A model generated the notes under the pieces. The model did not search any database and was not told where the DNA came from. It saw only the letters and a list, made by a program, of their open reading frames with translations. A DNA stretch of 64,000 nt from Lingula anatina (taxonomy: Eukaryota; Animalia; Brachiopoda): contig CM120649.1 in assembly GCA_051362555.1 (NCBI GenBank), positions 9,920,001-9,984,000 of the forward strand, read 5' to 3'. This document shows, piece by piece, positions 1-14,389 of the stretch. Position 1 is the first letter of the stretch. Each line of letters opens with the position of its first letter. A program made the translations under genes and the position numbers.

Positions 1-560
1 AAAGCATAAGGCTTCAGGTCCATGAGAATTTCAATTCACAAAGTTCACAGTCAAAATGCCAGAATGAGCAAAATGAACATTTCCCCCAAACTTGCATGAA
101 TTCAATAAAAAGTGATAATCCAATGAAGCTTGTTTTCTAATTTGAGCTGTATGTCTATCCTAAGAATCATTCTTGTAAGTTAAAAAGTAACGCAGTTTTC
201 TTTTCATAACGTTTGCGGTGAAGTAGGTTCTGATGTAATTATGTAATTATTGCATAATGATAAACTGTATAATTACCACCAAATTTAATTACCTAATATT
301 ATTAACGTGGACATTTAGAAAATTTGATTACCATTGCATGGGCTTCATGCCCAAGTCCCACAATGAAAATGGTAATACTTAACAGCATAATGACCATCAA
401 TTTTTAATAATAAAATATAACTATCATGGATATTCAGAAAATGTGACAAGCAAAGTTCTTCAATCCCATGGAAGTTAAAAGTCACACCTTTAAAATGGCA
501 AAATGTAAATGAAATATAACTGTACTGAAATGAGTTTATTTCCATTTCACCCCGTCTCTG
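1..560 (+). mobile_element. Internal fragment of a Helentron/HINE-like dispersed repeat (same family as 9290-10505 and 47463-54765)
   Basis: 'aagcataaggcttcagg(t/c)ccatgaga' and 'cagcataatgaccatcaatttttaataa' recur at 47643-48740; the second motif also recurs at 9370-9620, and a short piece lies at 14270-14390. Confidence 0.7.
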
Positions 561-1239
561 CAGGTGCGCTTTTTATTGTTCAGTCTTCTAAATACCACAT
601 GTAACATACTGATAACAGCATTAAATGTGCATCCTTTTGTATGTTTTACAGTCATTGAAAAGATTACCGCTGATCACACTAATATACACTGATATCACAG
701 GGGTAGACAAAATTACATAAATTACAACATTTTGTTAACATACTTGTGGCGACCCTGTGGTCAGAAAGTATCATTGGCCCTCTCTTAGTAAATATCGAGA
801 TACAGGCCTGTACTTTCAAAAGGGGTGTTCTTTTTCTGAAAAGGTGAACCTTTTACCATTGAACCTTCGTGCACCTAGATAAATTTTTACCTAGAGGGGA
901 TCTTTTCCCAGCGAACCCCCCCCCCCCCAACCCTCTGGCTACGGGCCGAGAAAGGATGAAATAAAATGTATCGAAACGCCTTCATTTCACGTGCCTAACC
1001 GGCACACAACAACTCACGTGTGTGCGCGCGCTCTCGCACACGAACGCAAGCGTGCCCACACGCACACGCACACACACACACACACAAAGAGAGGCATCAA
1101 GTTACAAAAAAAAAAAAAAAAACAAGAAAGATACAAATAAAATATCCTATATTGGACTTTTTAGAAATGATTCAACAAAACTGTTTTTTTCAAAACGTGA
1201 ATGGCCCGACTGTACCATCCATTAACATGCCACATCTCC

Positions 1240-1370
1240 GCATCCGAATATCTTCTACCCTGGAAACTCGCTATTGTAAATACGTTTCTCAAGACAGGAT
1301 GCTCACAGGTTTTTCCAAATAGTTATCGGTTTAACAGAATTTGTATCGGTCGGGAATTAAACGCTGACCG
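1240..1370 (-). pseudogene. 3' half of a tRNA-Gly-derived sequence plus flank, paralogous to 55940-56136
   Basis: 'tacgtttctcaagacaggat...ttttccaaatagttatcggtttaacagaatttgtatcggtcgggaatt' aligns with 56001-56085. Confidence 0.55.
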
Positions 1371-1770
1371 GTTTTTTAAAAAAAAATTACTTCCGTCAAT
1401 TTGCATAATGTGAAAGTGTTGCTATGGAGACGGCTTTAATCACATTATAGTTTGCAAATGTTTGCCCAAGAAATAAAAAGTACTGAGTTCTGTTAATAAT
1501 TTGAGACCCTGTATTTCAGGCCAGCGAGTTCCAAGTACCTTACCTACTTGGCTATACAATGGAATATTCAGGATAGTTTTAGAAAAATGATCCACTTTAA
1601 TTTTAAAATACAATGCATATAACCGTGTGAATATACAGTTGTTCTTAACGGAAAAAATCTAACATTTACCGGTGCAAATCTCAGGAAAGGTCCTCATACT
1701 TACTGTGCAGAGGGAATAGGACGAACAAGAGTTGAGACGTTCTTGGGAAAAGGAGAAGTGTTGATTTCGC

Positions 1771-1801
<31 letters not shown>

Positions 1802-2927
1802 GGGATATGAAAGAATGCATTTATCTTTAAAGGACGCCCATTATGAATAGGGAAAGCGTTATGTTTTTGAAAAATTTAAGTCACTTATAATGACTGGTTC
1901 GAAAATAACTTTAAAATAACAAGGTTTTGTAAATAATAAAGTGATTGTAGAAAATCACAAAGACTGTCAAATCAGGAAACATACATGTAAAATGTGACTG
2001 CAGGTTTTTATTTTCCGCACAGCCCAAAATCAATGAATTACCAGTTGACTTTTTGTTGCCTTTTTTTTTACTGAGATCGTACTCATTAATCTCATTCCTT
2101 AAAAACATGTATGCCTTAAATTCCTTGTTTTTTACAGTTGTTATCTGCGCCCAATCCTGAAAATTAACCCCTTAACCTCCGTAGTTAGCATAATGTAATA
2201 ACGCACTTGGGAATCAAAGGTTTTGTCTAGAAAGGGGAGGGATGGCACAGGGATCAAATTTATCCTTATTCGTTCGGCAAATGTAAAACAGTAGGGGAAG
2301 AGAATTTTAGTATAATACGTGCGGCAAACGTGGGTGAAAAGGGATTACTTTTGTCTCGTTTTTCTTGCAATGCTGTTTTTAAAACAATATATGGGGTCGG
2401 GGTGGGAGTGGGAAAATGGATATACATGTATCAGAAACTATAAGCATGAGGGGGGGGGAGCAGGGGGGAGTAAGCCCCTCTTAGGTCCACAATTGAATAA
2501 GTTATCAAATCATGAAAACAACTCCGGATTAAATGTGGCCATATGTCTGGGCGTATGACACAAATAAACCTTAATTCTAACAATTGTATAAAGGGACCTT
2601 GTATTCGGGTGGGTCGATGCGGAACCAAGTGATGTGGATTAAAAACCATTCAACGATATTCTTAGTGAAATAGCTGGTTTAAATGTGTTTATGGCCTACA
2701 ATATACTGCGACCAACGGCTTGTCACATCTAGCACATTTCCATCAATTCTGTGGTAGACGTCACAATCATGCGAAGACGCGACAGTCGCCAGAATATTAC
2801 CTCGTTTGAAAAGTAATTTTAAATAGTTGTCAAATTCGGTAGACAAGCAGCAAAAGTGAAAACGCGTGTGCACTTGAAACCCTTTAGCGACACTTTATAA
2901 ATAATAAAAAATGCATTAAATAATATA

Positions 2928-3663
2928 CCACATAGGTCAAAAAGGTTGTCTCATCCCCAGTTTCATGTGCTTTTATTTATAAATGATCACATCACAGGAG
3001 TTAATTGCTTTGAATGGTGATTTTCATTCCAGACACCATAACTAACATGATTAGTGTTACAGAAAATACAAACTAGCTCTTTGAGCCCTGTTATTAACCT
3101 TACTAAGCATCTGTGGGATGAAGTGAAGTGTGCAATGCAAAGGAGAACCAAACTCCTAATAATCTGGACCAATGCCCCCAAGTTCTTTAGGAAGAATGGG
3201 ACAATATTCAACAAAACAGAATTGTTACCCTTGTTGAAGGCAGGCCGCCGCCTACAGGAGATAGTTACAGTACGCGGTAAACACAAACGCTATTAGACAC
3301 ATAGCCTTTAACGAGCAGACCCTAATGCTAAATGTGTGTAAATTTGGAGGCATTTAGTGGTGTCATTTCAATATAATGGACATTTCTTTACGTCTGTGAA
3401 AATCACAGTGAAACGTCGGATTTGAGGGGTTGCATAAATGGTATTAAATATTGATATCTTATCTTATGTGAATAAATGGTATTTTAATATTTAAAAATAT
3501 TGATATCTTCACCGCTAGTTTGTATTTTCTGTATCTCTAATCATGTTGGTTATGATATCTGGAATGAACATCACTATTTATAACAATTTTCACCTGTGAT
3601 CTGATCATTTATAAATAAAAGCACGTGACACTGAAGGTGGGACAACCTTTTTGACCAATGTTG
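2928..3663 (+). mobile_element. Internally deleted Tc1-like DNA transposon
   Basis: About 70-bp imperfect TIRs (ccacataggtcaaaaaggttgtc / gacaacctttttgaccaatgttg) with TA on both sides. ORF 3054-3296 'SPVINLTKHLWDEVK...RRLQEIVTVRGKHKRY' matches the Tc1 transposase C-terminus (SPDLNPIEHLW...GGHTRY). Confidence 0.85.
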
Positions 3664-3959
3664 TATATTTATATCAAATAAATAAATATGTATGTGTCCT
3701 TTACACATTACAAGTTAAGTTCCAGGGATAAATATACTCGGTGTTTACTAATACGTGTTACAACAAAGTCCGAAAAATGATGCACGGCGCGTTTCATGGA
3801 GCTTTCTGATTTAGAGGTAATTTGTCTCCTTGTTGCTGTATGATATAACCATTAAATAAGGGTGCTGTAACGAGATCCGCACATTGATCAATTGGTTTAA
3901 CTGTATTGTATTCACAGCAACGTGTATGTGAGTATTACTGATATACAGCCCTTGCCAGT

Positions 3960-4007
3960 TTATAATATTATTATTATTATTATTGCCTTCTATACTACAA
4001 CTACTCT

Positions 4008-4042
<35 letters not shown>

Positions 4043-4090
4043 TTACATCATCATCATATAGTCGTACTACGCTGTACTACAACTACTACA
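3960..4090. repeat. (ATT)n/(TAC)n microsatellite
   Basis: Direct reading of the sequence. Confidence 0.9.
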
Positions 4091-5054
4091 TTTATTGGTT
4101 CTACAACTTATACCACTCCAAAGGTACGCTGAGGTGTCCCCAAAAATCTCTTAGACTCAACGTGCTGTCGGGGACCACTTGAGGATGTAGGCCTACGGCT
4201 GTTGTAACGAACTGATCGTTTCGTACGTTTCTCTTCCTCTTTCCTACATCCATCCCCGTTATCCCCCCCCCCTCCACCTCATTCCCCTTCAAACACTCCA
4301 ATCATTGGAATGCACGCACATGCTATCTGCCGTATCACAAAAGGGCGGTGCACCCCCCCCCCCCCCCCCCCCCCACTCCTCGCCTTACATTCAGTCTTCA
4401 CTAACACAATGGGGTGATATTTGTGGAATCTGTCACAATCATGATTGAAACAGCATCAGAAGCAAAACACCGCAGTCTAATAGCACATTACCCTTGTTAA
4501 AACAGATTGTTCAATTTTGAGTATACAGTATATATACAAACTGGTTGGTGTTCTTTTCTCGAAAAATAGACTTGGTGTCTGGATTAACACAGGCGTGAAA
4601 TTGTAAACTTTGTCCGAAACTGTTCATGCATGTTTTCTATACTATATAAGATTCCAAACACTGAACTTGGTCTCTGAATATTAGATAACTGTTCTTTATG
4701 TTGTTTACACAGACTAGATCAGTTAAAGAGATGTGATCACTGTGTCCCCAGCAAACGCAAGATTGAATAATGGTGTGTATCAGCGCAATTTTAAGTTTTG
4801 TTTCCATATCTGTTTGAGGCCACATTTAGCTCACGATCCCAGCGACAGATAACCGCAGCTCTGGGATCATGCCCATGGATTCTGTCTTCAACTTGTCCCA
4901 AACCACAGACTAATAGGACTCGGCAGCTCAACAAGGAGATCACTGTCGAAACAAGCAGAACGTTTCATTTGCACTTACACTGTGCTTCTTCCTTAACATC
5001 AATCTTTGATTGACTTTAAAACTATAGTCAAATTGGTATACTGCTTGGAAGTCA

Positions 5055-5296
5055 AGCCTTATAAACGGATTAGGCGCTTACTAACACTGCCTACAAATCT
5101 TTTAGCACTAACACCTATATTAACCTCCAAACATATAAATCAACCAGCACTACCAGATGAATGTTAGAACTAGGTATCATATTGTTGGTGCTAAATAGAT
5201 GTGTTGGGTAATTCGTGGGTCTTGTGGTTAACATGGGCGTTAGTGCTAATAGATTTCCGGCTAGTGTCAGTAAACGCCTAATCCGTTAATAAGACC
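5055..5296. mobile_element. Foldback MITE (~240 bp)
   Basis: cttataaacggattaggcgcttactaacact at the left end is the imperfect reverse complement of agtgtcagtaaacgcctaatccgttaataag at the right end; internal tagcactaac/gttagtgcta arms also pair. Confidence 0.7.
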
Positions 5297-5899
5297 TAGA
5301 AGTCCCGAACAAATTTTTTCAAACTGCCATAAATGATAGAGTTGATAAGTCAACTTCAATTTCTTAAACCTTATCTTCCCAAAGAAATTTCATGGGCGTA
5401 TTATTTGAAAAAAAGCTTCAAATGTTCTTATTCATCCTCGTTTTTAGATAATTTTAGATCTCAAAAATCTTTCCGGGAAATTAGGACACCCACCCCCCAC
5501 CCCCGGATAATTCCCACTGTAATGAATATAATGATGAGAGTAAAAATGTGATATTGAGAAAAATTATAAATGCCTGCTTTTAATAAAATTCTGTCTTCAG
5601 GTAGAGGTGGGTAAGCAAGAAATGTTTTAATTAAATAGATGTATAAAATAGATAATTGAAAACCAGAACATTTTTTCTGGGAAGGTGGGGTGTCTTGGGG
5701 GGTTGTCTTGAGGGGATGGTCCGAGAATCATGTAAACAGCCAAGACTGACCCGATGCCATCATTAAAAAGTCAAGTCCTGATGTGTAGAGTGTGTATTGA
5801 CCGCACCCTGCCCCTCCCCGTGGCCTTCTCCCCTGTCCCCCCCCCCCCCCACGACCTTCTCCGCGTCCCTGCCCCTCTCCACGGCCTTCTCTACGTGAC

Positions 5900-6143
5900 G
5901 TAGGGGAGACCGGGGCTAGTTGGACCCCGAGGTAAGTTGGCCCCCCATCAATTTATGACAAAGTAACTTTGGGGTAAAAGAATTGATCACATCATTTTGT
6001 AAAGTGACCGTATCCAACAGTGTTAAGAAAGCGTCGGCAGTGAGTCCAAATGAAATAATTTAGCATCTTAAAGTAACTTTATTATAGAGACTTGATGGAG
6101 AGCCAACTTACCCCGGGGTCCAACTAGCCCCGGTCTCCCCTAC
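5900..6143. mobile_element. MITE with ~40-bp TIRs (Tc1/pogo-like)
   Basis: gtaggggagaccggggctagttggacccc(ga)ggtaagttgg ... ccaacttaccccggggtccaactagccccggtctcccctac. Confidence 0.85.
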
Positions 6144-6146
6144 ATA

Positions 6147-7776
6147 CAGACTTGACATTTAATATGGAATATATAAGTTTCAAAGGTATACCTTGGTTAA
6201 AATGCGTTCTTATTTAAAAAAACTCATGTAAGATATCTGACTAGAGAAGTGTTTAGTCAGGTGTGTCGCTACCAATTAACTGACTACTATGTCTGTTGCA
6301 CATTTGCATTGTGTAATATGCAGTAATTTGATCGGGTAGTGGCTTTGGCGAAGCATGGTTCTGTCATAAATGTATTCATATGTCGGCAACTACTGCATCT
6401 AAGAATTTGAATTTTTGTATGCAGGCGGTCGGTTTTGCAGTGCGTAAAATGAGTTAAGCAATGTTTTACAAAATCGTTTATTTATGCCAGAATGGAGCGA
6501 AAAAGACAGACATTGCCAGACAGATTATTGAGTCACACGGAAGGGTCTGTACATTTTTATAGAGTTATGCCACATCTGATTTACCTACACAGAGGCCACG
6601 CCCAGTGTATCGAAATCTAACCACCAGGGTACAGGACTCACTGTCATTCCGGATATGCTGCTGCATCTAAACAAAATCCACCCAGTCCGTTCAGAATGAG
6701 GGGCAAATTGTCACCAAAGCGCATTTCTCAAGGCTCTTAGTGAACACAAAACTGGTTTCAGCAGGTTAGGATACCAGACGACCTCTAAGGAAGCCACTGT
6801 AAACAGTAAAACAGCGTCGTCTGTTTCTCTAATGAATTGGGGACCATGACCGTTTCTTGGTAGAACACTGAAACTGCGTGGCTTTCTTTATTGAGGTCAG
6901 ATTTCACCTGCACCGCTCAACTGGTCAAAACAGAGTTTACAAACATCCTGAAGAGGCCTTCGACGAAACGTGTGCTGCTTTTAAAGTGACTAGGGTCATT
7001 GACAGCGTCAGTATTTGGAGTGGATACCACATTGGTGCCAAAACACCAATGGTAGTTCTCGATGAAAACCTGAACCAGATCAAATAAAGGAATAATCTGG
7101 GAATCAATGTGGTATCATTTGATAGGGGGCACCTTAGGAACAATTTAAGGTTGCACGATGAGATTGCTGGTTCACACAGAGCACTTTTAATAGCAGATAA
7201 CTTACAGAACCAAGGGAATGAGCAGCTACTTTGGTAATCAAAATCGCCATTTTTTAACCACATAGACAATATGTGGGTAGGTCATTACTCGCCGAATCAA
7301 CGGCCTGTATGTCCTACAACAAAACAGAACCAAATTGAACAAGTTTTGACAGTTGCCTGGAATTTTATTTCAAACTAAACTCTAAAAACCTATCCCAAGG
7401 AATGCCTTGCCGCTTGAAAGCTCTTGTAGCGGCCAGATGAAGTCAGGCATAAGAGCGACTGTTGCTGTGACTAGACACTAACATGAGGGTCGTTTGTGGG
7501 GCGTGTAACTCTTTTAAAGACGATAATTTGGAAAATATGGAGAGCCAAAATATCGCTTTCAATAGTTGTCGTATGACGTAGAATAGTCAATGTTTTTTTG
7601 TTTGCTTCACTGGCGAATTCAATTAATGAAATGATGTCACAATGACATCAAAGAGATTATTATAAGTTATTAAAACATGATTTCAATCCTTATTTTCATT
7701 TATCAGTCAGCAAAACAAGAAAAAACTGATGAATAATGATTTGGAAATAAATATTCCATATTAAATGTCAAGTCTG
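6147..7776 (+). mobile_element. Full-length decayed Tc1-like transposon (1630 bp), transposase pseudogene ~6449-7450
   Basis: 26-bp perfect TIR CAGACTTGACATTTAATATGGAATAT / ATATTCCATATTAAATGTCAAGTCTG; TA on the left, CA (mutated TA) on the right. ORF 6878-7087 'FIEVRFHL...SVSIWSG...ENLNQIK' resembles the Tc1 FSDESRF...VMVWG region. Multiple stops. Confidence 0.88.
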
Positions 7777-9289
7777 CATTTGTTTTTCGTGTGCCATTTC
7801 TACACTAGGCGAGTACAGCTGTGTGAACCAAGAATGGAGAAAGTTCGGCATTGCCTGCTGAATTTTCTTTGTGGGGGGTCTAAATGCAATGAGTTAATAC
7901 CAAATCTTAAAAAAAAAATTCTTTGTTTTTTCAAGAATGTTTCTTTTAATTTAAGAAAATGCAACGTTTGACTAGAGCCCCCACCCCCCCCCCCCCCCCA
8001 CCCCCGCCCTTTGTGGCAGCTATGTGCAGCACTTCGCTCTCCAGCGCTCTCCTGATGCATAGGAAAATGTTGTAGTTGAGAACAAATATCCCTATGTTAT
8101 CGCACCGTTTGTTTCATCTTTGGTAATCGCGACAAAAACCAAAATGCGCTAGGGGCGATGGCTGAAATCACTGAAGCTGATCAACGCCTACATGTACACT
8201 AGCTGCCAGGTTATTTGTGACACCTGTGGTGTTCTTCTTGGGGACTGAATACAGGAAAATTCAGAGGAAAAGAAAGGAAGAAAGTCTAACACGTCAGGTT
8301 ATTTGTACCTTAATTGGATCCGACAGTGATGGTGATGAAAAGATAAATGAACAAGATAACGATTATTTTGAAACTGTGTCACTTAATGTTCCACTGTCCG
8401 AAAACAAAATCCGAATCACGATTTTTAGGTACCAGTACACATAATCGGGGCCGTAGCCGAGCTGGGGAGGGGGGGGGCGGTTCGAAATAACTCTATTTGC
8501 TGGGAAAATTTCCACTCTGGATAAATTTGGTCCATTTGCACAACAGCCCAGAATTAGATACAATTTACGTAGGTTCACGCCGAGTTGCTTCTTTTTTTTT
8601 TTTTGTCTCATCTCGAATAAAATGTTTTTTGACCGATATGGTTTAAAAAAAGGTCCTCTTTATATCTTCTTGACCATAGGCTAGCTGAGGAAAATGCTTG
8701 GTGGAGCGGGAGTATGCGCACAGTAACTATGCGCAGAAGGCTGGCGGTCATTTGTACCGCCTGCGGTACACACCTAAACGCCTACTGGAAGAAAAATAAG
8801 ACACTTTTTACGGATAACAAGGAAAATACTTTAATTTTATAAATATCCCTCTTTTCCCAACATTTCTCTGCCCTTCCCAGAACGCATTTTTTACTGTGTA
8901 CCCATTCATTTCTGCATTTTGTATAGACACACTGTCGATCAGATATAAGGAAAACTACAACAAAATATTTATTTTTAATATTCTTTAAATTATATTGTAA
9001 ATTTGAACAACACACACACACTAACTTTGTGAAATCAAGATAAATTATACTCTGCAAATTAAGAATGACAAACCATGAACTGGGAGTCAGAACAATTAAT
9101 ATTGACGGAAAAGATGTATTCTTAGCTATTATTTCAAGACACATACAGTTATTTACATGGTGTAAGAAGTTATTTATTAAACAATCTTAAATTACCATTT
9201 AGAATATACTTTTGGACTAAGTACAGTAAGGAGGGGGTGATTGGTAAAATATTGTATGAACAATAGCTTAAATTTAAAGTAAGACCAGT

Positions 9290-10505
9290 GCATTGCTTAC
9301 AAAACAGAAAACAATCACACTGATTTTCCAACACAAGCTGCACTTTTCAGTAAGTAGCCTACCATGAGTAACCTGGTTCTCCCTTGATGGTCATCAGTGT
9401 CCAAAATAGGTTATTTTTTCATTTTGATGCAATATTACATAATGCTCAACAGTATAATGACCATCAATTTTAATAATAAAATAAGAGTATCATGGATGTT
9501 CAGAAAATATGACATGAAAAGGTCTTCAAGGTCATGGAAGTTAAGAGTCACACCTTCAAAATGCCAAAATGTAAACAAGAGAAAACTGTTCTGAAATGAT
9601 TTTCTTTCCATTTTCAGCACCTTTTTTTAGATAAAACAAAATAATCAATTTACTGTCATTTTTAAATAATCAACTAACAAAATTGATGACATGATAAAAA
9701 TATCAATAGTACAATTTTAAATGTCCAATTTGCTCCATTCTGAGATTCTGAACATAATGAATGATTGAATCTGACAAAATGTAAAGATACTAGTTTTTTC
9801 CCCATTTTTGACACTTTATTACACAATACACAATAACAGGTTTACCATCATTTTTAAATAATCAACTAAAAATATTGTTAAGATGCAGAAAATGTCAAAA
9901 GAACAACTTTACATATCTAATGAGACTGTTAACATGCCTGAGAATTAAATTTGAGGAAAAAACACTTATATACAAAAAAAGGCATAACTTCACCAAAACT
10001 TAACTGATAAAGCTTATTTTCAAACCTTAATCTGTATTTCAGTAACATTGATCACTCCTGTGAATTTCAAGACAATTGGCCGATCGATTTTCCTTAAAAT
10101 GTGTTATAGGTGTTGCATGTATGCTGAAAAAAGTGAAAAAAACAGCAAACTTTTATAAAAATGGCAAGATCATGCCAATTTTCTAACTTGACCTACATAT
10201 TATGGACATTCATCAGTTTTGTAAGTTTCAAGCCAAAAAGTAAAGCAATTTTTCACTAATCGTGTTATCGGTGTTGCATAAATGCTGAAAAAAAACAGCA
10301 TAACTTTCCAAAAATGGCCCGATCATGCTGATTTTCGAACTTGACCTTATTATGAATATTCATCGGTTTTGTAAGTTTCAAGCCAAAAGAAAAAAACGGT
10401 TTTCCACTTATCGTGTTATCGGTAAAAGTGCACGGCGACAGCAGCGGCGGCGACAGACGCAGGTTACGGCTATATGTACAGACACATCTGTGTCTGTACA
10501 TAAAA
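9290..10505 (+). mobile_element. Helentron/HINE-like non-autonomous element (3' part) with internal ~160-bp repeats
   Basis: Ends with a (GGCGAC/GCG)n tract then the hairpin tatgtacagacac-atct-gtgtctgtacata. Collinear with 48500-49430 plus 54543-54765. Confidence 0.75.
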
Positions 10506-11324
10506 ACATCACCAGCCCGGGAGCCACCAGTCTGCCGCTAGGTGGTTTTAACCAAACCAGAAGTTATAGATATTTTAATGGAGTATTTTTTTAATTTATA
10601 GGATGTCAGAAACAGTGGAATATCTCGGCTATTAAGGGTATAAGCGTTTTGTTACGTTCATGTATACGGTTATTTTAATAAATAAATTTCAAATCATGTG
10701 TGATGCTCTTTGAGTTGATCTAAATCCTATTTTGTGTACAAAAGGGAGTTTGAAATCGAAAATTCACTAAAGCTATAACGGAAATTCAACTTTATCTTCA
10801 ATGCTTGCATTCATAAAGAACAGGTCAGATTTTTAAATTACAGCAAGTTGTGGCAAATTTATTCAGCTTTCTGTCAATGTAAGCATGTAAGGAACTTTAC
10901 CTTCATCCGTGAATGACACAAATCAATTCACAGCCGAGTATGCAGAAAAAAGTCGTACTTGCAATATCTGTGGCAGTTATAGCTATTATTCTAATATCTG
11001 AGCTTGTCTTTAGACCACGTTACTTCCATTGATGGCTATACTCTGTTATAAGCTCTTAAGAGATTATAACAAAAAAAAACTTTTAGAAAAAAAAAACAAT
11101 GACTAACTTTGAATGTAAAAATGGATTCATTAACCTTTGGTAAGTTTGGAACAATTGTTGTTTACTCCAGTAAAATTAATTTTTTGGCCAAAACGAAGAG
11201 TTATTATCCCTTTAATATATCCTACCCTGTACTTTTGGTGCATGGTTCAAACCTCCTACCAATAAAATAATATGACAAACTTGTTATACTGATGATCAAT
11301 AAATATTATCATTATTAGCATCAG

Positions 11325-11488
11325 CTAGCACAGCAAAAAATATTTTTCATCCCTTGAAAGAATGTCAGAGGTTGTGATGGTGCTCAATGCCACACAGCAT
11401 TTGGAAATGATAGGTGCTTCTGTCATAATAATTGCAGGCCAAGGAATGGCAAAATGATTAATCCTGGTCCCATTCATGTTCTTCAAGC
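11325..11488 (-). CDS. Putative exon 2 of a 63-aa small ORF (unit B)
   Basis: Acceptor ttttctag|GCTTG. In phase with exon 12966-12993 it reads GLKNMNGTRINHFAIPWPAIIMTEAPIISKCCVALSTITTSDILSRDEKYFLLC-stop. Gap-free homology to 28123-28270. Confidence 0.35.
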
Positions 11489-12965
11489 CTAGAAAAATAT
11501 TAAATTAAAAAATTAAAAAGTTTTAAAAAGTAACCTAAAGGCACTTTTCTAACTGGAAATATCTTTCCACACACACACACAACACAACACACTAAAATCA
11601 ATATAAATAATAAATCACATTCTTGGTAATAGGGAATATCTAAATAGTGTATCAGTATAGATAAATAAAGCTTATCATTAGGAGCTGAACTGTGGCAAAC
11701 ATGCACATCTTCAAATCAATTAAAACCCCATAGAAATCAAACCCTGAAGATTTTAGGAAATACAGGTACATTCTGGGGTACATCTACAAACTTCAGTGTT
11801 CATGACTATCATACACTTATTATTGTACTGGTACATTTTGTTTCACAAAATACACCATATTTATATATTAAAACAAAGGAGGAGTTTTACAAATATAAGG
11901 TTTCTATTTCATGAAACAATTTTCTTTAACAAACTAATAAGCCATGTGTATGCAGGTGTGTGTGTGTGTGTGTGTGTGTGATGAGAAAGAAAGAGAGCAC
12001 ATATGGCAGTCAATTTGCGAGGCAAAAATAAAGTTATGGTAACAAAACAATGCATGTATGTATGATGCCGTATCCTCAAAAGCATTAGGATCTGTTCCAC
12101 TAACTAGAGAACCAGTTTTGTTGACACATCCAGCAGATACTCTAGCACATTAAAAAAATTTTGATGAAAATTTGCCTATGATATGGCTATGACAATTTGA
12201 AAACACACAATGTAATAGTGGCATTTTATGACGCACAGGGTTTATCTATTAAAAATCGTCAACCAATGAAGGTAAAAAAATTAATAAAACTTATATTTGA
12301 GTAACAAGTTTTCCCCCATATTGACATCATACATTTGCCCCCTGACCAAGGGGTAAACGTGTAAAGTTGAAATTTGTTATTCATGTTTTTGAAAACATGC
12401 TTGTGGTTGTTTTTCAATTTTGTATCTTTCACAACTATATTTACAAGCATGTGTACCCCTACACTCACCCCATGCAGGGCGGAACATGATGCCAATTCAC
12501 AAACCATTCCATCTTATTAACAACAAAACATGATGTAATGGCATAAGAAAGCATGCATTAAATATTTAATTGTGAATTCACGAGACTAAAATACCAGGGC
12601 TATCAGCCGATGCTGTGATTGATTACGCTAAACATAAACCTTGTTGGAAATATCGAAAATCACCAAGTTACAGGTTTGGTCAGTGCTCAAAATTTTAAAT
12701 GTTCAAAAATGAATGTCAAACTATGGAAAAACCTGAACAGATGAAGGAAAAGTCCATCTACATTTGTCACAATTCAAAAACATTTACAATGCTGCTTTGT
12801 GTGCGGCCACTTTGGAAGACAAATGTAACTTCAGAAAATACTCAGTGAAATCGATACACATTCCTTTAGCGTATAAAATGTAACTGAAGCATACGCTGTA
12901 TTGTCTTGTCAAATTTATTAGTATATAAATCAACTGGTCATTGTATAAACATATGTACATCTTAC

Positions 12966-12993
12966 CTGTCTCAGTGTCTTCTTCTCCCTCCAT
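12966..12993 (-). CDS. Putative coding exon 1 of unit B (MEGEEDTET)
   Basis: aaaaATGGAGGGAGAAGAAGACACTGAGACAG|gtaag; inverted homolog at 21186-21213 has the same length and donor. Confidence 0.4.
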
Positions 12994-13495
12994 TTTTTTC
13001 TTGAAGCTCACCACTCCCTTTTTGAAAACGAGGCCAAATTTAATATTTTCCTAAATAACCGTCACATAAGCCAGTGGCTCCCAGGCTGTACTAAAACTGC
13101 ATTTTATTTAATACAAAAGAAAAATACTTGCAACAATTGCTTCCTTCCATGTTTCCTTCACTGTTTTGAGGTTGTTCAAGAGAAATAAATTGAAAATCAA
13201 CAGAATAGCCAAAATGCTCAACAGAAGACTGCACCTAAATGGTATAAATAAAATCAATCAATTTGAATAGGATGCCATCTACATTTTCACCATAGTACCA
13301 ATGTGTGTTTTAAAATAATGCAAATCGCCTTTTATTACTTTACCCAGGAAATGACAAAGAAAACAACCATCAATAAGTTTCTTTCAATGATAACTATTCT
13401 AAGTTTATTCAATACTGCAAGTAACAAAAAACATTAAAGGCTTTGTAAAAGACTAAATTATGCAATATATACAATGTGAACTGAACTGTTCATTG

Positions 13496-13498
<3 letters not shown>

Positions 13499-13556
<58 letters not shown>

Positions 13557-13571
13557 GGTATATATATATAT
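13499..13571. repeat. (TA)n microsatellite
   Basis: Direct reading; similar tracts at 41692-41785 and 60406-60471. Confidence 0.95.
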
Positions 13572-14389
13572 GTCATAGAGGCAAACTGCCCACATTAGAT
13601 CACAAAAGATATGAAGAGCTGTACATTGTGGCCATCAAAATCAGTCAGCTTCAGGTACACGACTTCACACTGAAGTACAGATTCATAATTAAGAGTACAC
13701 GACGAAAAAATTTATATCAACCAAAACCAGGCTGCATGAAAACTATCAAGAGCTAATAAGTTGATGTGTTTTTACAAATATGTAATCTGCATTTCAATGT
13801 ATGATGCAGATGAAGAAATGCCTTTAATAATTTTGTTCTCAGTTGAAAATGCACACCACATATTAAATGTTAATTTTAAACCATTTGTAATTTTTTCACT
13901 GCACTCTCTATTGACGGATTGCCTGCAGTTAAGTAAGGTGGAAAGGATAACACGTGACTTTGCTGGCTAGATGGCTGCTGCTGCTGTCAGGTAGACTGGG
14001 ACTGGCTAGATCACAACATTTGAGTCCAAATGAGAACAGGGGCAAAGGTGGCTGCTTGGGGGGAGGGGTGAATTCATCGGTTTGCTGACTGCAGAGCCAA
14101 GGGTGGTGGTAGATGTACTGGGGTACTCTGCCACAGGTGTACTGGTAAGACATCTAGACATGAATCACTGGATGACAGGTCTATATCAGTTCTCTTGCTG
14201 CCTTGTAACCACTCCCTGAAAAATGCACAACAGGTAAAACTGATTTTAGTAAAATGTGAAACAAGCAAAAGGTTCAGGCCAATGAAAGTTTAGTTCACAC
14301 TTTGAAAATGCCAGAATAAGAAAAATGAAACTATAAATTTAATGAAAAAAAGATAATCCTATAGAGCTGCATGGTTTTCTAATTTGAGC

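Noticed and set aside
10632-11214. Kolobok-like element sharing its right end with 18820-19003
   Set aside because: The shared ~180-bp repeat is real, but the left terminus match is too weak to define an element.
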